Below the pieces are notes generated by a model. The model saw only the letters and a program-made list of their open reading frames with translations, ran no database searches and had not been told where the DNA came from. A stretch of DNA of 24,000 nucleotides from Candidatus Lokiarchaeum ossiferum (GTDB taxonomy: Archaea; Asgardarchaeota; Lokiarchaeia; Sigyniarchaeales; Promethearchaeaceae). The number at the start of each line of letters is the position of its first letter. Position 1 is the stretch's first letter. Positions 13,761 through 22,538 of the stretch are shown here, piece by piece. A program made the position numbers and the translations under genes. The stretch spans positions 1,827,553 through 1,851,552 of the forward strand of contig CP104013.1 of NCBI GenBank assembly GCA_025839675.1. The letters run 5' to 3'.

Positions 13761-15530
13761 TTAAACCTTGAAATCGATGTCTCCAATTTTGTGAATAAAA
13801 AAAAAGCAAAGAACAGTAATAATAATTAGAATAGTTGCCATTGAAGCTGGTAATTGCAATGTTCTGGAAAACAAAAGTTTCGAAATTCCAATTGACAGAG
13901 TCCCATACTCAGATCGAGCTAAAAAATTAGTTGCCCCAAATTCTCCAAGACTAATGGCAAAGGAAAAGATGGCCCCCACAATCAAACCGTTTTTTATTAA
14001 AGGCAACTCAATTTTGCGAAAAATTTGTATACGCGAAGATCCTAAGGTTGCAGCAATATTCAACAAATCTAAATCGATGCGATTATAACTTGCTAGGATC
14101 GATCGAGTTGTAAATGGAATACTAATTAATACATGAGCGAGAATAATTATGATCCAAACACTTCCGGCAAATAAAATAGAAGTTTGGAATTGTAAAAACA
14201 ATCCAATAGCCAGAGTAATAGAAGATGTAGCCATTGGAATAATAATAAGAAACGAAATGAGACTGTCAGCCCGTGAAACTTGAAAATTATTTATTTTTTG
14301 GTAACGATTTCTTAACAAAAATACGATCATCAATGAAAAGAACAAAGTTGCGATCATCGTTAGACTCGCAAACCAAAAAGTATTCAATATTATCCGCATG
14401 GGGGAAGTTCCAAGTAATGAATTTGGAGAAAATGAAAATAATTGGCCATAACCCCAAAAAATAGAGATACCGGATTTAAACGGAATAAATGAAGCAATAA
14501 TTACAGCTAATATCGGTAGAATTGAAAACAATGCAACCAGTATGACATGAATAATAAATAATGCTAAAAAAAGATTATTTTTCCAATGCTTCCTTGAAAA
14601 TTGGATAGCAATTTTCGAAAAGGAGATATTCTTCCCCCTTGCCATTTGCCGAGTTTTCTTTTCAAAAAATAAATAGAGAATTATGACTAAGCTATTGATA
14701 AGTAATTGAAGTAAAGCTAATGATGCACCACCAGAAAAGTCAAACGATGAAGTCATTAAACGATAAACACGCACTTCAATTGTTTGAAACCGAGCTTCTC
14801 CCAAATATAACACTATAGCAAAGCTATTGAAACAATATGTAAAAATGAGTAAAAATGATGACAAAATGTAATTAAATATCTGGGGAAGAATTATTTTGAA
14901 GAAACATACAAACCTATTGGCACCTAAAGATCGTGCAATCTCAATTTGTTCATAATCGATATTTTCCCAAGCAGGAATTAGCATTCTAATAACAACCGAG
15001 ATATTATAAAACACATGAGCTAATAAAATTCCTTGAAAAGAACCAAATAGTTTGATTAAGGGAAAATCGTTCTCTGTAATAATATTCCACAAAGTATTAA
15101 TCCAACCATTCTCCCCATAAACGACAATAAAACCAAGGAGAACCACAATGGAGGGAAGAACAAATGGAACAGTCATGATATTTAAAAGCAATTTTTTTCC
15201 TGGAAATGTATATTTTGCCATGAAAAAACTGATGGGAAACCCTAAAAGGAAACAAATCAAACTGGATAGAAGAGCTTGAAATATTGAAAAGCTTATCGCC
15301 GAAAGATTTAGAGAAGATGTAAAGATTTCTGAGAATTCGGAAAAAGAAAAGGTCTGATCTTTCACAAAAGCATATCGCATGATTTTTGATAGTGGAATAT
15401 AAAAAAAGGCAAGCAAAAACGAACCAATTGCCAAAAAAGCAAAAATCACTAAAAAACGATTATAAATAAGATTATAATCAGCCTTTTTTTTGGTGGATCC
15501 CTGATTTTTACCCAAAATTTGAGTTTTCAT
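13761..15530 (-). CDS. thiP: ABC transporter permease, duplicated (two-domain) ThiP/FbpB type
   Basis: 589 aa with about 12 TM helices. Two EAA-loop motifs (IEIARSLGANRFVCFFKIILPQI and LLNIAATLGSSRIQIFRKIELPLI). Starts 10 nt after the binding-protein gene. Confidence 0.88.
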   Translation of the reverse strand: MKTQILGKNQGSTKKKADYNLIYNRFLVIFAFLAIGSFLLAFFYIPLSKIMRYAFVKDQTFSFSEFSEIFTSSLNLSAISFSIFQALLSSLICFLLGFPISFFMAKYTFPGKKLLLNIMTVPFVLPSIVVLLGFIVVYGENGWINTLWNIITENDFPLIKLFGSFQGILLAHVFYNISVVIRMLIPAWENIDYEQIEIARSLGANRFVCFFKIILPQIFNYILSSFLLIFTYCFNSFAIVLYLGEARFQTIEVRVYRLMTSSFDFSGGASLALLQLLINSLVIILYLFFEKKTRQMARGKNISFSKIAIQFSRKHWKNNLFLALFIIHVILVALFSILPILAVIIASFIPFKSGISIFWGYGQLFSFSPNSLLGTSPMRIILNTFWFASLTMIATLFFSLMIVFLLRNRYQKINNFQVSRADSLISFLIIIPMATSSITLAIGLFLQFQTSILFAGSVWIIIILAHVLISIPFTTRSILASYNRIDLDLLNIAATLGSSRIQIFRKIELPLIKNGLIVGAIFSFAISLGEFGATNFLARSEYGTLSIGISKLLFSRTLQLPASMATILIIITVLCFFFIHKIGDIDFKV

Positions 15531-15540
15531 TGCTAAATTC

Positions 15541-16782
15541 CTATGTACGTTTTTTGAAAATTGTACTCATACCAATTCCAATCAATGAAGCAATCATGAA
15601 AAATCCACTTGAATAACCTGGAACAGACTTAGCAACAATCAATTCTTCCCAACCGACTTTCCAAGATTCGAGATTATCATTTAACATCTTAGGAGTGATT
15701 AAGTCATTGAGAATGGTGACATCAGCAGGACTAATTACAGCATCTGCGAATGTAGAAGAGACATTGACGTTGCTATTAGCCGGATACATCCAATTATGTT
15801 CTGCAATATTATTTTGTAATTCATCACTCAAAAACCAATCAATAAAATCCTTGGCTTGGTCTTCATGAGGCGCATCCTTAACTAAACCTAACCCTTCAAT
15901 TTGTAACCAAGCATTTTCTTGATTTTTTTCATGGGAAACAATCGCTTTTTGAGAAGGATCGTTATATAAGCAAGCACTGTATGCTGGACTTGTTCCATAT
16001 GAAACCATCATAGATCGATTAGATCCTTCTTCATACCACTCAGTGAAGGCTGCCCCCCAACTTGGAGTAATTCGAATATCACTAGATGCTTTATTCCACC
16101 AATCACGCCAATCTTGGTTTAAGAGACCTTCAAATCCAATTGAAGGATCTCCAAAAACTGCAATAGTCCACAATAAAAAACCCAAACCGGGTGAACTTAA
16201 GGTAGGATTCTCAACTATCAATTGTTTATCCAAATCATAATCGAGGATATCTTGTAAAGTCAATTCTTTAAGTTCTGGATTTGAAGTACTATTGATATTC
16301 ATAGTATTATAATACAACGCAATTATTCCGTAATCATATGGCAAAACATAAAAATCGGAGTCTAAATATTGAACTAAATCAGTAGAAATGTTTGATAAAG
16401 TAGGAGACTCATAAGGAGCTAAAATCTGCTGTGACTTAGCAGTGTGGATCAAAACATTATCAATTCCAATAATAACATCCGCCACAGGATTTTCTTTCTC
16501 CAAAACAGCCCTAGAAACAATTGTATTTGCATCCTCTAAGTATTCTATCTGAATACTGTCCTTCGAAATTCCACTATAGTTTGCATAGGCATCAATGAAA
16601 TCATATTCTGGATCTGCTAAAAGTGATTCATATGTGTAAATTGTTAATAATGTATCAGAACTCGACTCAAAATTGTTGTTAATACTTGCTGCAACAGAAA
16701 TATTCCATCGGGATCCCACAAGAGGAACTAATATAAGGGCAAAAAGAAAGAATTTTGCACCATAATTCATTTTTTTTTTCAT
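15541..16782 (-). CDS. thiB: ABC substrate-binding protein, thiamine-binding (TbpA/ThiB)-like, with a C-terminal membrane anchor
   Basis: 413 aa with a signal peptide. LLTIYTYESLLAD and ADVIIGIDNVLI resemble the E. coli TbpA blocks LTVYTYDSF and ADVVLGLDNNLL (recalled from memory). First gene downstream of the TPP riboswitch. C-terminus is PGYSSGFFMIASLIGIGMSTIFKKRT. Confidence 0.82.
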   Translation of the reverse strand: MKKKMNYGAKFFLFALILVPLVGSRWNISVAASINNNFESSSDTLLTIYTYESLLADPEYDFIDAYANYSGISKDSIQIEYLEDANTIVSRAVLEKENPVADVIIGIDNVLIHTAKSQQILAPYESPTLSNISTDLVQYLDSDFYVLPYDYGIIALYYNTMNINSTSNPELKELTLQDILDYDLDKQLIVENPTLSSPGLGFLLWTIAVFGDPSIGFEGLLNQDWRDWWNKASSDIRITPSWGAAFTEWYEEGSNRSMMVSYGTSPAYSACLYNDPSQKAIVSHEKNQENAWLQIEGLGLVKDAPHEDQAKDFIDWFLSDELQNNIAEHNWMYPANSNVNVSSTFADAVISPADVTILNDLITPKMLNDNLESWKVGWEELIVAKSVPGYSSGFFMIASLIGIGMSTIFKKRT

Positions 16783-16881
16783 CTGAGTAACGCACGCCTT
16801 TCAATTAATTATTTACCTTGTTTAAGAGAGACAATCACTACCAGTACAGCATAAGAAAGTAGCTTATATTTCTCCTTCCTA

Positions 16882-16921
16882 TAAAAAAAATGTGACGCAT
16901 AAAGAAACAGAGCACATTTTT
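16882..16921 (-). terminator. U8 tract with a weak A/U-rich hairpin (AAAAAUGUG-N18-CACAUUUUU + UUU), a candidate riboswitch expression platform
   Basis: Read on the minus strand about 10 nt 3' of the aptamer and about 100 nt 5' of the thiB ATG. The stem has only 2 G:C pairs, so the oligo-U run is the main signal. Confidence 0.4.
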
Positions 16922-16930
16922 ATAGTAAAG

Positions 16931-17013
16931 TTGTTTCCTTACGCTGGTATTATCCAGAACAAGTTCAAGGGTATTTTCTCAGCCTGATTATGTGAAATAT
17001 CAAGCACCCCTAA
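16931..17013 (-). ncRNA. TPP (thiamine pyrophosphate) riboswitch, THI-box aptamer
   Basis: Minus strand reads UUAGGGGUGCUUGAUAUUUCACAUAAUCAGGCUGAGAAAAUACCCUUGAACUUGUUCUGGAUAAUACCAGCGUAAGGAAACAA. It contains GGGGUGC, the P3 pairing CUUGAU/AUCAGG, CUGAGA, ACCCUU, the CUGGAUAAUACCAG hairpin, GCGUAAGGAA and the P1 closure UGUU/AACA, in the canonical order and spacing. Confidence 0.92.
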
Positions 17014-17129
17014 CATATATGTGATAATAAGTAAGTTCCTAAAAAGTAGAGATCTATTTTAAGTTATTCAATTGACTGATTAAAATCTTCCACTACGATG
17101 AAATTTTTTTGTTTACCTTATAAGTATGA

Positions 17130-17138
17130 TTTATAAAA
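17130..17138 (+). promoter_or_regulatory. TATA-box-like TTTATAAAA about 26 nt upstream of the ATG at 17160
   Basis: Spacing consistent with a leaderless mRNA for the M20 amidohydrolase gene. Confidence 0.4.
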
Positions 17139-17159
17139 CCACATTCATTAAACAGCTGA

Positions 17160-18584
17160 ATGAAGTCAAAAATACTAGATTGGATCGATTCCCATAGGCA
17201 GACGATAATTGCCATTGGGCAAAAAATTTGGAAGACACCCGAAGTAGGGCTTTTAGAAACAAAATCATCCAAAGTTTTAGTTGAAGCATTAAAAACAGCA
17301 GGTTTCACAGTTAGAGAAAACCTTGCCAAAATGCCTACTGCATTTATTGCATCGTACGGAATTGGATTACCTATAATCGCAATAGTAGGGGAATTTGATG
17401 CCTTACCCAACTTAAATCAAGATACTACACCATTCAAAAACCCAATAAATGAGGGAACGCCCGGACATGGATGCGGACATAATCTACTAGGTGCAGCAGG
17501 AGTTGGAGCATGTTTGGCAATAAAACAATTGATTGAAGCAGGAGAAATTCAAGGAACAATCAGATTTTATGGTACACCAGCAGAAGAAATGTTTAATGCC
17601 AAAGGATACATGATCAAAGAAGGATTATTTGATGACGTAGATGTTGCATTAACATGGCACCCTGCAGATATTAATTCGGTCACTTATATTACATCAAATG
17701 CCATGAATTCAGTGATCTTTAAATTCAAAGGAATCACCGCCCATGCTGCTGGAGATCCCTATAATGGAAGAAGTGCATTAGATGCTGTGGAACTAATGAA
17801 TGTAGGTTGCAATTACTTACGTGAACACATGATTTCCGAAGCAAAAATCCATTATTGTATTCTCAAAGGAGGGGATGCTCCAAATATCGTTCCTGCGAAT
17901 GCTGAAGTCTGGTATTTTGTCCGATCTCCAAAACGTCATCAAGTGGATGAGCTTTATGAACGAGTGATAAAAGTAGCAAAAGGGGCTGCCATGATGACCG
18001 AAACTGAATTGGAGATCGATGTTTTAAGTGGAACTTTTAATACGCGATATACCCCTTCGGTCCAAGAAATTATCGATCAAAATCTCACATTTGTCGGTCC
18101 CCCTAAATTTGATGTTGAAGACGTGCAATTTGCTTTAGAACTACAAAAAACCTTTCCTAAGGGTTCCGCGGAAGGACATCTTAAATACATCCCTAACAAT
18201 CAATTAGAACAGATGAAAAATCTCATCAAAAAACCACTCTGTGATGAAATAATATATAATTTTGGAAAGGGCAGTGTAATGGGTGGATCGACCGATGTAG
18301 GTGATTTATGCTGGAAAATGCCAACTGCAGAATTTATGGCATCTTGTATGCCCATAGGAACACCAGGCCACTCATGGCAAATTACAGCATCTTCTGGAAT
18401 GAGTATTGGCCATAAAGGAATGATTCTCGCGGCTAAAGTACTAGCATTATCAGCACTTGATTTCATGACAAATTCTGATCTGGTTCATAAAGCCAAAGAA
18501 GATTTTAAGCAATGGACTGAAAATCGCCCTTATAAAGCGCCATTTCCCGAGGATTTAATCCCTCCCTTTCGTCAGTATAATTAA
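17160..18584 (+). CDS. M20-family amidohydrolase, AbgB (p-aminobenzoyl-glutamate hydrolase subunit B)-like
   Basis: 474 aa. The blocks PTAFIASYG, GEFDALP, GHGCGHNLLGAAGVGA, IRFYGTPAEE, DVALTWHP, KGITAHAAG.P..GRSALDA, STDVGD and GTPGHSWQ are collinear with E. coli AbgB as I recall it. Substrate unknown. Confidence 0.85.
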   Translation: MKSKILDWIDSHRQTIIAIGQKIWKTPEVGLLETKSSKVLVEALKTAGFTVRENLAKMPTAFIASYGIGLPIIAIVGEFDALPNLNQDTTPFKNPINEGTPGHGCGHNLLGAAGVGACLAIKQLIEAGEIQGTIRFYGTPAEEMFNAKGYMIKEGLFDDVDVALTWHPADINSVTYITSNAMNSVIFKFKGITAHAAGDPYNGRSALDAVELMNVGCNYLREHMISEAKIHYCILKGGDAPNIVPANAEVWYFVRSPKRHQVDELYERVIKVAKGAAMMTETELEIDVLSGTFNTRYTPSVQEIIDQNLTFVGPPKFDVEDVQFALELQKTFPKGSAEGHLKYIPNNQLEQMKNLIKKPLCDEIIYNFGKGSVMGGSTDVGDLCWKMPTAEFMASCMPIGTPGHSWQITASSGMSIGHKGMILAAKVLALSALDFMTNSDLVHKAKEDFKQWTENRPYKAPFPEDLIPPFRQYN

Positions 18585-18656
18585 TAGAAAAATGAATTCA
18601 TAACTTTTTTTTACATATTTTTATCTCAAATTGTTTCTATTAAAATTGTGAGATAA

Positions 18657-19298
18657 GTGGTTGAAAATAGATTATTCATGATTTGTGGTTCTCCTCAAAT
18701 GGACTTAAACTTTATTGAAAGAATTATGGGTAAAAATTTAACGAATTTTGACGTATTTGCAGTGGATAAAGGATTAGAAATATGCAGTACATTAAATCTC
18801 CCTGTAAAAAAGATCATTGGAGATTTTGATTCAGTTGATCCGAAAATTCTTGATAGATATTCTTCTTCTTTAAAATGTAATTATCCTAAAGATAAGGATC
18901 AATCTGATACCGAAATTGCTATTTCAATTGCCCTAAAAGAAAATTATCAAGAGATTTTTCTATTAAATGCTGATGGGGCAAGGATGGATCACTTTTTATT
19001 TAATACCTTGCTCTTATTCATGGCCCCAATGCGGATCAAAATGATTACTTCTTCAGGTACTTTAATAGCTTTAAAAGAAAGAAAGATAAATCAGTTCCAT
19101 TTACAATCAAATTCAACATTTTCATTAATTCCATTAGAAAAATGTTCGGGGGTGTCGATTACAGGATGTAAATTCCCATTAAATGGCACTCAATTAAATT
19201 TAACTTCACTCACACTAAGTAACATAGCACTTGAAGTTGTAACCGTCCAACATGACAAAGGAAAATTATTATTCTTTTCGGAGGATCGCTTAATATGA
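18657..19298 (+). CDS. Thiamine pyrophosphokinase (thiamine diphosphokinase)
   Basis: 213 aa with GTG start. AVDKG, GDFDS, KDQSDTEIA, GARMDHFLFN, SLIP and GCKFPLNG are collinear with bacterial/eukaryotic TPK (B. subtilis YloS type, recalled). The N-terminus RLFMICGSP aligns with the family N-terminus, which supports the GTG start. Confidence 0.86.
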   Translation: MVENRLFMICGSPQMDLNFIERIMGKNLTNFDVFAVDKGLEICSTLNLPVKKIIGDFDSVDPKILDRYSSSLKCNYPKDKDQSDTEIAISIALKENYQEIFLLNADGARMDHFLFNTLLLFMAPMRIKMITSSGTLIALKERKINQFHLQSNSTFSLIPLEKCSGVSITGCKFPLNGTQLNLTSLTLSNIALEVVTVQHDKGKLLFFSEDRLI

Positions 19299-20053
19299 CC
19301 AATCCATTCTTAGATCCAGAAATTGCTAACGATTATGACACGATTTATCGTACCCGGGAAGGGAAATACATAGATTATTTTGAAAAAGCTTCAATGGATA
19401 AACTACTAAGAAATCTTCCGCGAGGTAAATTGCTTGAAGTTGGATGCGGTACAGGACGTTGGAGCAATTTTTTTTCTTCGTTAGGCTTTGATGTTACTGG
19501 AATCGATAGTTCCCTCCCAATGCTAGAGATTGCGCGAAAGAAAAAACTTCCCTTTACCAACTTCATTCATACGAGCGGTGAGTCTTATTTTCTCCCAAAA
19601 CCTCAAAATATTAAGTTAATCCGGAAAAAGGAAGGAATACTATCTCGGAAAAAATATGAAGATGAAAGTTGGAAATTCGATTCTTTGGCTTTGATGTTTT
19701 CATTGGAATTTATTGAAAATCTGGAACGAGTTTTTGAAAACTGCCTTCAATTTATAAATTCAAACGGTTTTATCATTATCGGCCTTTTTAATTCAAAATC
19801 TGATCAGGTTTCTCGAATTTTGAGTAAAAAAACCTTCCCCTATGCCCATCTTAGATCTTTAACAGAAATTTCGCAATTTTTATCGAAATATGGGAAAGTT
19901 TCGGTTGAGAAATGTATTTTTCCCACTTTTCAAGATTATTCATCATCATCTCTTTTTGATTTAATAGAACAGGAGCATTTGATGAAAGAAAACCGTGAAA
20001 GATCTAACTTAATTTACTTCATTTTAATCAAAATCTCACACGAACAAAGTTAG
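19295..20053 (+). CDS. Class I SAM-dependent methyltransferase
   Basis: 252 aa. Motif I LLEVGCGTGRWS and post-I acidic residue (GIDSS). ATGA start/stop overlap with the TPK gene (19295-19298). A ~25-aa Lys-rich insertion sits between the post-I region and motif II. Confidence 0.78.
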   Translation: MTNPFLDPEIANDYDTIYRTREGKYIDYFEKASMDKLLRNLPRGKLLEVGCGTGRWSNFFSSLGFDVTGIDSSLPMLEIARKKKLPFTNFIHTSGESYFLPKPQNIKLIRKKEGILSRKKYEDESWKFDSLALMFSLEFIENLERVFENCLQFINSNGFIIIGLFNSKSDQVSRILSKKTFPYAHLRSLTEISQFLSKYGKVSVEKCIFPTFQDYSSSSLFDLIEQEHLMKENRERSNLIYFILIKISHEQS

Positions 20054-20195
20054 GGCAAAAAAAAAATTTAATTTCTTTTAAAAAATATCTTGCTAAATTA
20101 TGGGCTCAATTTGTTTTTTGATGGAATCCGACCTTTCTATAGTAAATCGATACAATCGCATATAAAAAATTACTGAACGATTGGAGAAAGGATTT

Positions 20196-21176
20196 ATGAT
20201 TTCAAACAATGAAAAAGTGATCAATCTACAAGGATTATCTAAGATTTACAAAGAAACGGCTGCTTTGAAACCTTTGGATTTAACAGTCGATAAAAATTCT
20301 ATTTTTGGTTTCTTGGGCCCTAACGGAGCAGGAAAAACCACAACTATGAAATTGATGCTTGGTTTAATTAAACCAACTGCTGGAAATGGAACGATATTTG
20401 GAAAAGATATTGCGAAAGAGAATATTCAAATTCGAGAACGAATTGGATATTTGCCTCAAGAAGTGAAAATGTATGAATACATGACCGCAAGAGAGGCACT
20501 CGCTTTTACTGCACGTTTTTATTTTAAAGGCCCAAAAATTGAAATTCAGAAACGGGTCACAGAAATGCTTGAGTTGGTTAGACTGGAAGATAAAGCTGAT
20601 CGCCCTATAAAAACATTTTCAGGTGGAGAAAAACAACGATTAGGAATAGCTCAAGCCCAAATAAACTATCCAGATCTATTGATTTTAGATGAACCTGCAG
20701 CATCCTTAGATCCCTTAGGACGACGTGATGTCTTGGATGTTCTTGAACGTCTACGAGAAATAACAACAGTTTTTTACTCAACTCATATTCTGGATGATGT
20801 TGAACGCGTTTCAGATACAGTTGCAATTTTAGATCATGGTGAATTAATAGCTCAAGGACCTATTACAGAAATTATGGCAGGAAATGAAGGCACGATTTAC
20901 GATATATCCACAAAAGGAGTTTCAAATGGACTAGAAAAAAAATTGAAAAAACAATCATGGATAAACGATGTCAATATTACCCATAAAAATAGTCAAATTG
21001 AATGGAGTATCGCTGTAAATGATAATTTGCAAGCAGAACAACAACTTTTGAGACTTATATTAGAGAATAAACAACTGAATGTTATACATTATGGACAAAA
21101 GCAATATGATTTAGAAGATATTTTTATGAATTTAGTAGAAAATGGGAATGGAGAGAAAAATAATGGCAACAAATGA
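20196..21176 (+). CDS. ABC transporter ATP-binding protein (ABC-2 / DrrA-type exporter subunit)
   Basis: Walker A GPNGAGKTTT, signature FSGGEKQRLGIAQAQ, Walker B LLILDEPAASLD, H-loop STH. The ATG at 20196, preceded by GGAGAAAGG, is preferred over the TTG at 20181. Confidence 0.9.
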   Translation: MISNNEKVINLQGLSKIYKETAALKPLDLTVDKNSIFGFLGPNGAGKTTTMKLMLGLIKPTAGNGTIFGKDIAKENIQIRERIGYLPQEVKMYEYMTAREALAFTARFYFKGPKIEIQKRVTEMLELVRLEDKADRPIKTFSGGEKQRLGIAQAQINYPDLLILDEPAASLDPLGRRDVLDVLERLREITTVFYSTHILDDVERVSDTVAILDHGELIAQGPITEIMAGNEGTIYDISTKGVSNGLEKKLKKQSWINDVNITHKNSQIEWSIAVNDNLQAEQQLLRLILENKQLNVIHYGQKQYDLEDIFMNLVENGNGEKNNGNK

Positions 21177-21933
21177 AGTATTAACACGGGTAAATGATCC
21201 AGAATGGTTACGAGGTTTTGATAATTTAGTTAAAAGTGATATTCCAAGCTGGTTTCGAACGATGAAATGGTGGGCACAATTTCTATGGGTCTTTTTTATG
21301 ACGAATGTAATTATTTCCTTCACCTTTATCGGTGGGGAATTCGATATCGCAGTTATGCTATTTACAGTCTTTCAAGGATTATACCCCGTTTTTGGTATCT
21401 TAATAGCAATGCAAGGTACTATGATTGGAGAGAAAAATAGTGGAACCGCTGCATGGGTGTTGTCAAAACCGGTATCTCGTACAGGGTTCATTTTAGCGAA
21501 ATTTGTAAATAATACTTTAGCCAGTACACTATTTATTATCATACTACCAGGAATAATTGGATATCTCGAAATTACCTTAATGGCAGGTCTGGAAATCTCA
21601 TTCTTTGGATTTATTCTCGGTAATTGTCTTCTTTGGTTACACATGATGTTTTTCTTGACCATGTCTTTATTAGTTGGAACGATATTTAATAATCGGAGAG
21701 CCGTTTTAATTGTGGGAATCACATTTTTTGTAATAGAAATGTTATTGCAAGGAATGGTTCCTGCCGATTTAATGGTTTCAACACTTGCATTTCCTTCTCC
21801 AAATATTTCACTTGCAGAAGCTTTAATAACTGGTCAATCAGTTTTTTCGATATGGCCAATTTTAATTGCAATTGTTTCATGTGTAGTATTTGTAATCTTA
21901 GCAATTTGGCGCTTTAAACAAGAAGAATTCTGA
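21163..21933 (+). CDS. ABC-2-type transporter permease
   Basis: About 256 aa with 6 predicted TM helices. The ATG at 21163 is preceded by GGAGAG and overlaps the ATPase gene end by 14 nt (translational coupling). No sequence motif beyond topology and context. Confidence 0.7.
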   Translation: MATNEVLTRVNDPEWLRGFDNLVKSDIPSWFRTMKWWAQFLWVFFMTNVIISFTFIGGEFDIAVMLFTVFQGLYPVFGILIAMQGTMIGEKNSGTAAWVLSKPVSRTGFILAKFVNNTLASTLFIIILPGIIGYLEITLMAGLEISFFGFILGNCLLWLHMMFFLTMSLLVGTIFNNRRAVLIVGITFFVIEMLLQGMVPADLMVSTLAFPSPNISLAEALITGQSVFSIWPILIAIVSCVVFVILAIWRFKQEEF

Positions 21934-22069
21934 TCAATTAAAGAGGCTTTTTTTTCAACTTTTTTTCCTTTCTCTTCCTATGGATAAAAACTGGTCCCGA
22001 AATTTTTCTTATATTCAGATTAATTCAGTTATATTACTAATTACTGTTTATAACTCCCAAGTGAAAAAA

Positions 22070-22534
22070 ATGGAAAATAATAATAATCAATCAACCCAGT
22101 ATATTCAATTTGAATACAAGGCTCAAGAAGCCAAGAAAAAAACCAAAATTCAGCAATCTTCGATTGAAGAACAATATTACAACCTCCCATTAAAGGAGCG
22201 AATAAAAATTCGAAATAAACGCATAAAGCAGAAATTAAAAGAGAAATCACAAGAAATAGGAGAGAAAGCCAAAATCAAGAGTAAGCAATTAAAGATAAAA
22301 AGCCAAGAAATTAGTGAAAAGGTGCGAGAAAAAAATAGGCAACTCAATCATAAAATTCAGAAAAAAATTGATGAACATAAATCACACCAAAATCAACGAA
22401 ATAATCGGGCAAGAGTTCAACCAAATGCACAAGTAAATATTCCTAATTCAATTCCCACCAAATTTTGTCCTGAATGCGGTCACAAAGTAAGTTTTTCTGG
22501 AAAATTTTGTCCTTCTTGTGGATCCACCCAATAA
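22070..22534 (+). CDS. Lys-rich coiled-coil protein with a C-terminal zinc ribbon
   Basis: The ATG at 22070 (MENNNNQ) is preferred over the 21980 start. C-terminal CPECG-x11-CPSCG forms a 4-Cys zinc ribbon. Internal 16-aa tandem repeat KSQEIGEKAKIKSKQL / KSQEISEKVREKNRQL. Confidence 0.55.
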   Translation: MENNNNQSTQYIQFEYKAQEAKKKTKIQQSSIEEQYYNLPLKERIKIRNKRIKQKLKEKSQEIGEKAKIKSKQLKIKSQEISEKVREKNRQLNHKIQKKIDEHKSHQNQRNNRARVQPNAQVNIPNSIPTKFCPECGHKVSFSGKFCPSCGSTQ

Positions 22535-22538
22535 TTTT

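Noticed and set aside
17093-17410. 105-aa minus-strand ORF overlapping the start of the M20 amidohydrolase gene
   Set aside because: It is antisense to a strongly supported AbgB-like frame and would also overlap that gene's promoter. No motifs.
21372-21722. 116-aa minus-strand ORF antisense to the ABC-2 permease, plus 21719-21904 and 21132-21323
   Set aside because: Antisense to a coherent 6-TM permease frame that is translationally coupled to its ATPase. No supporting signals.
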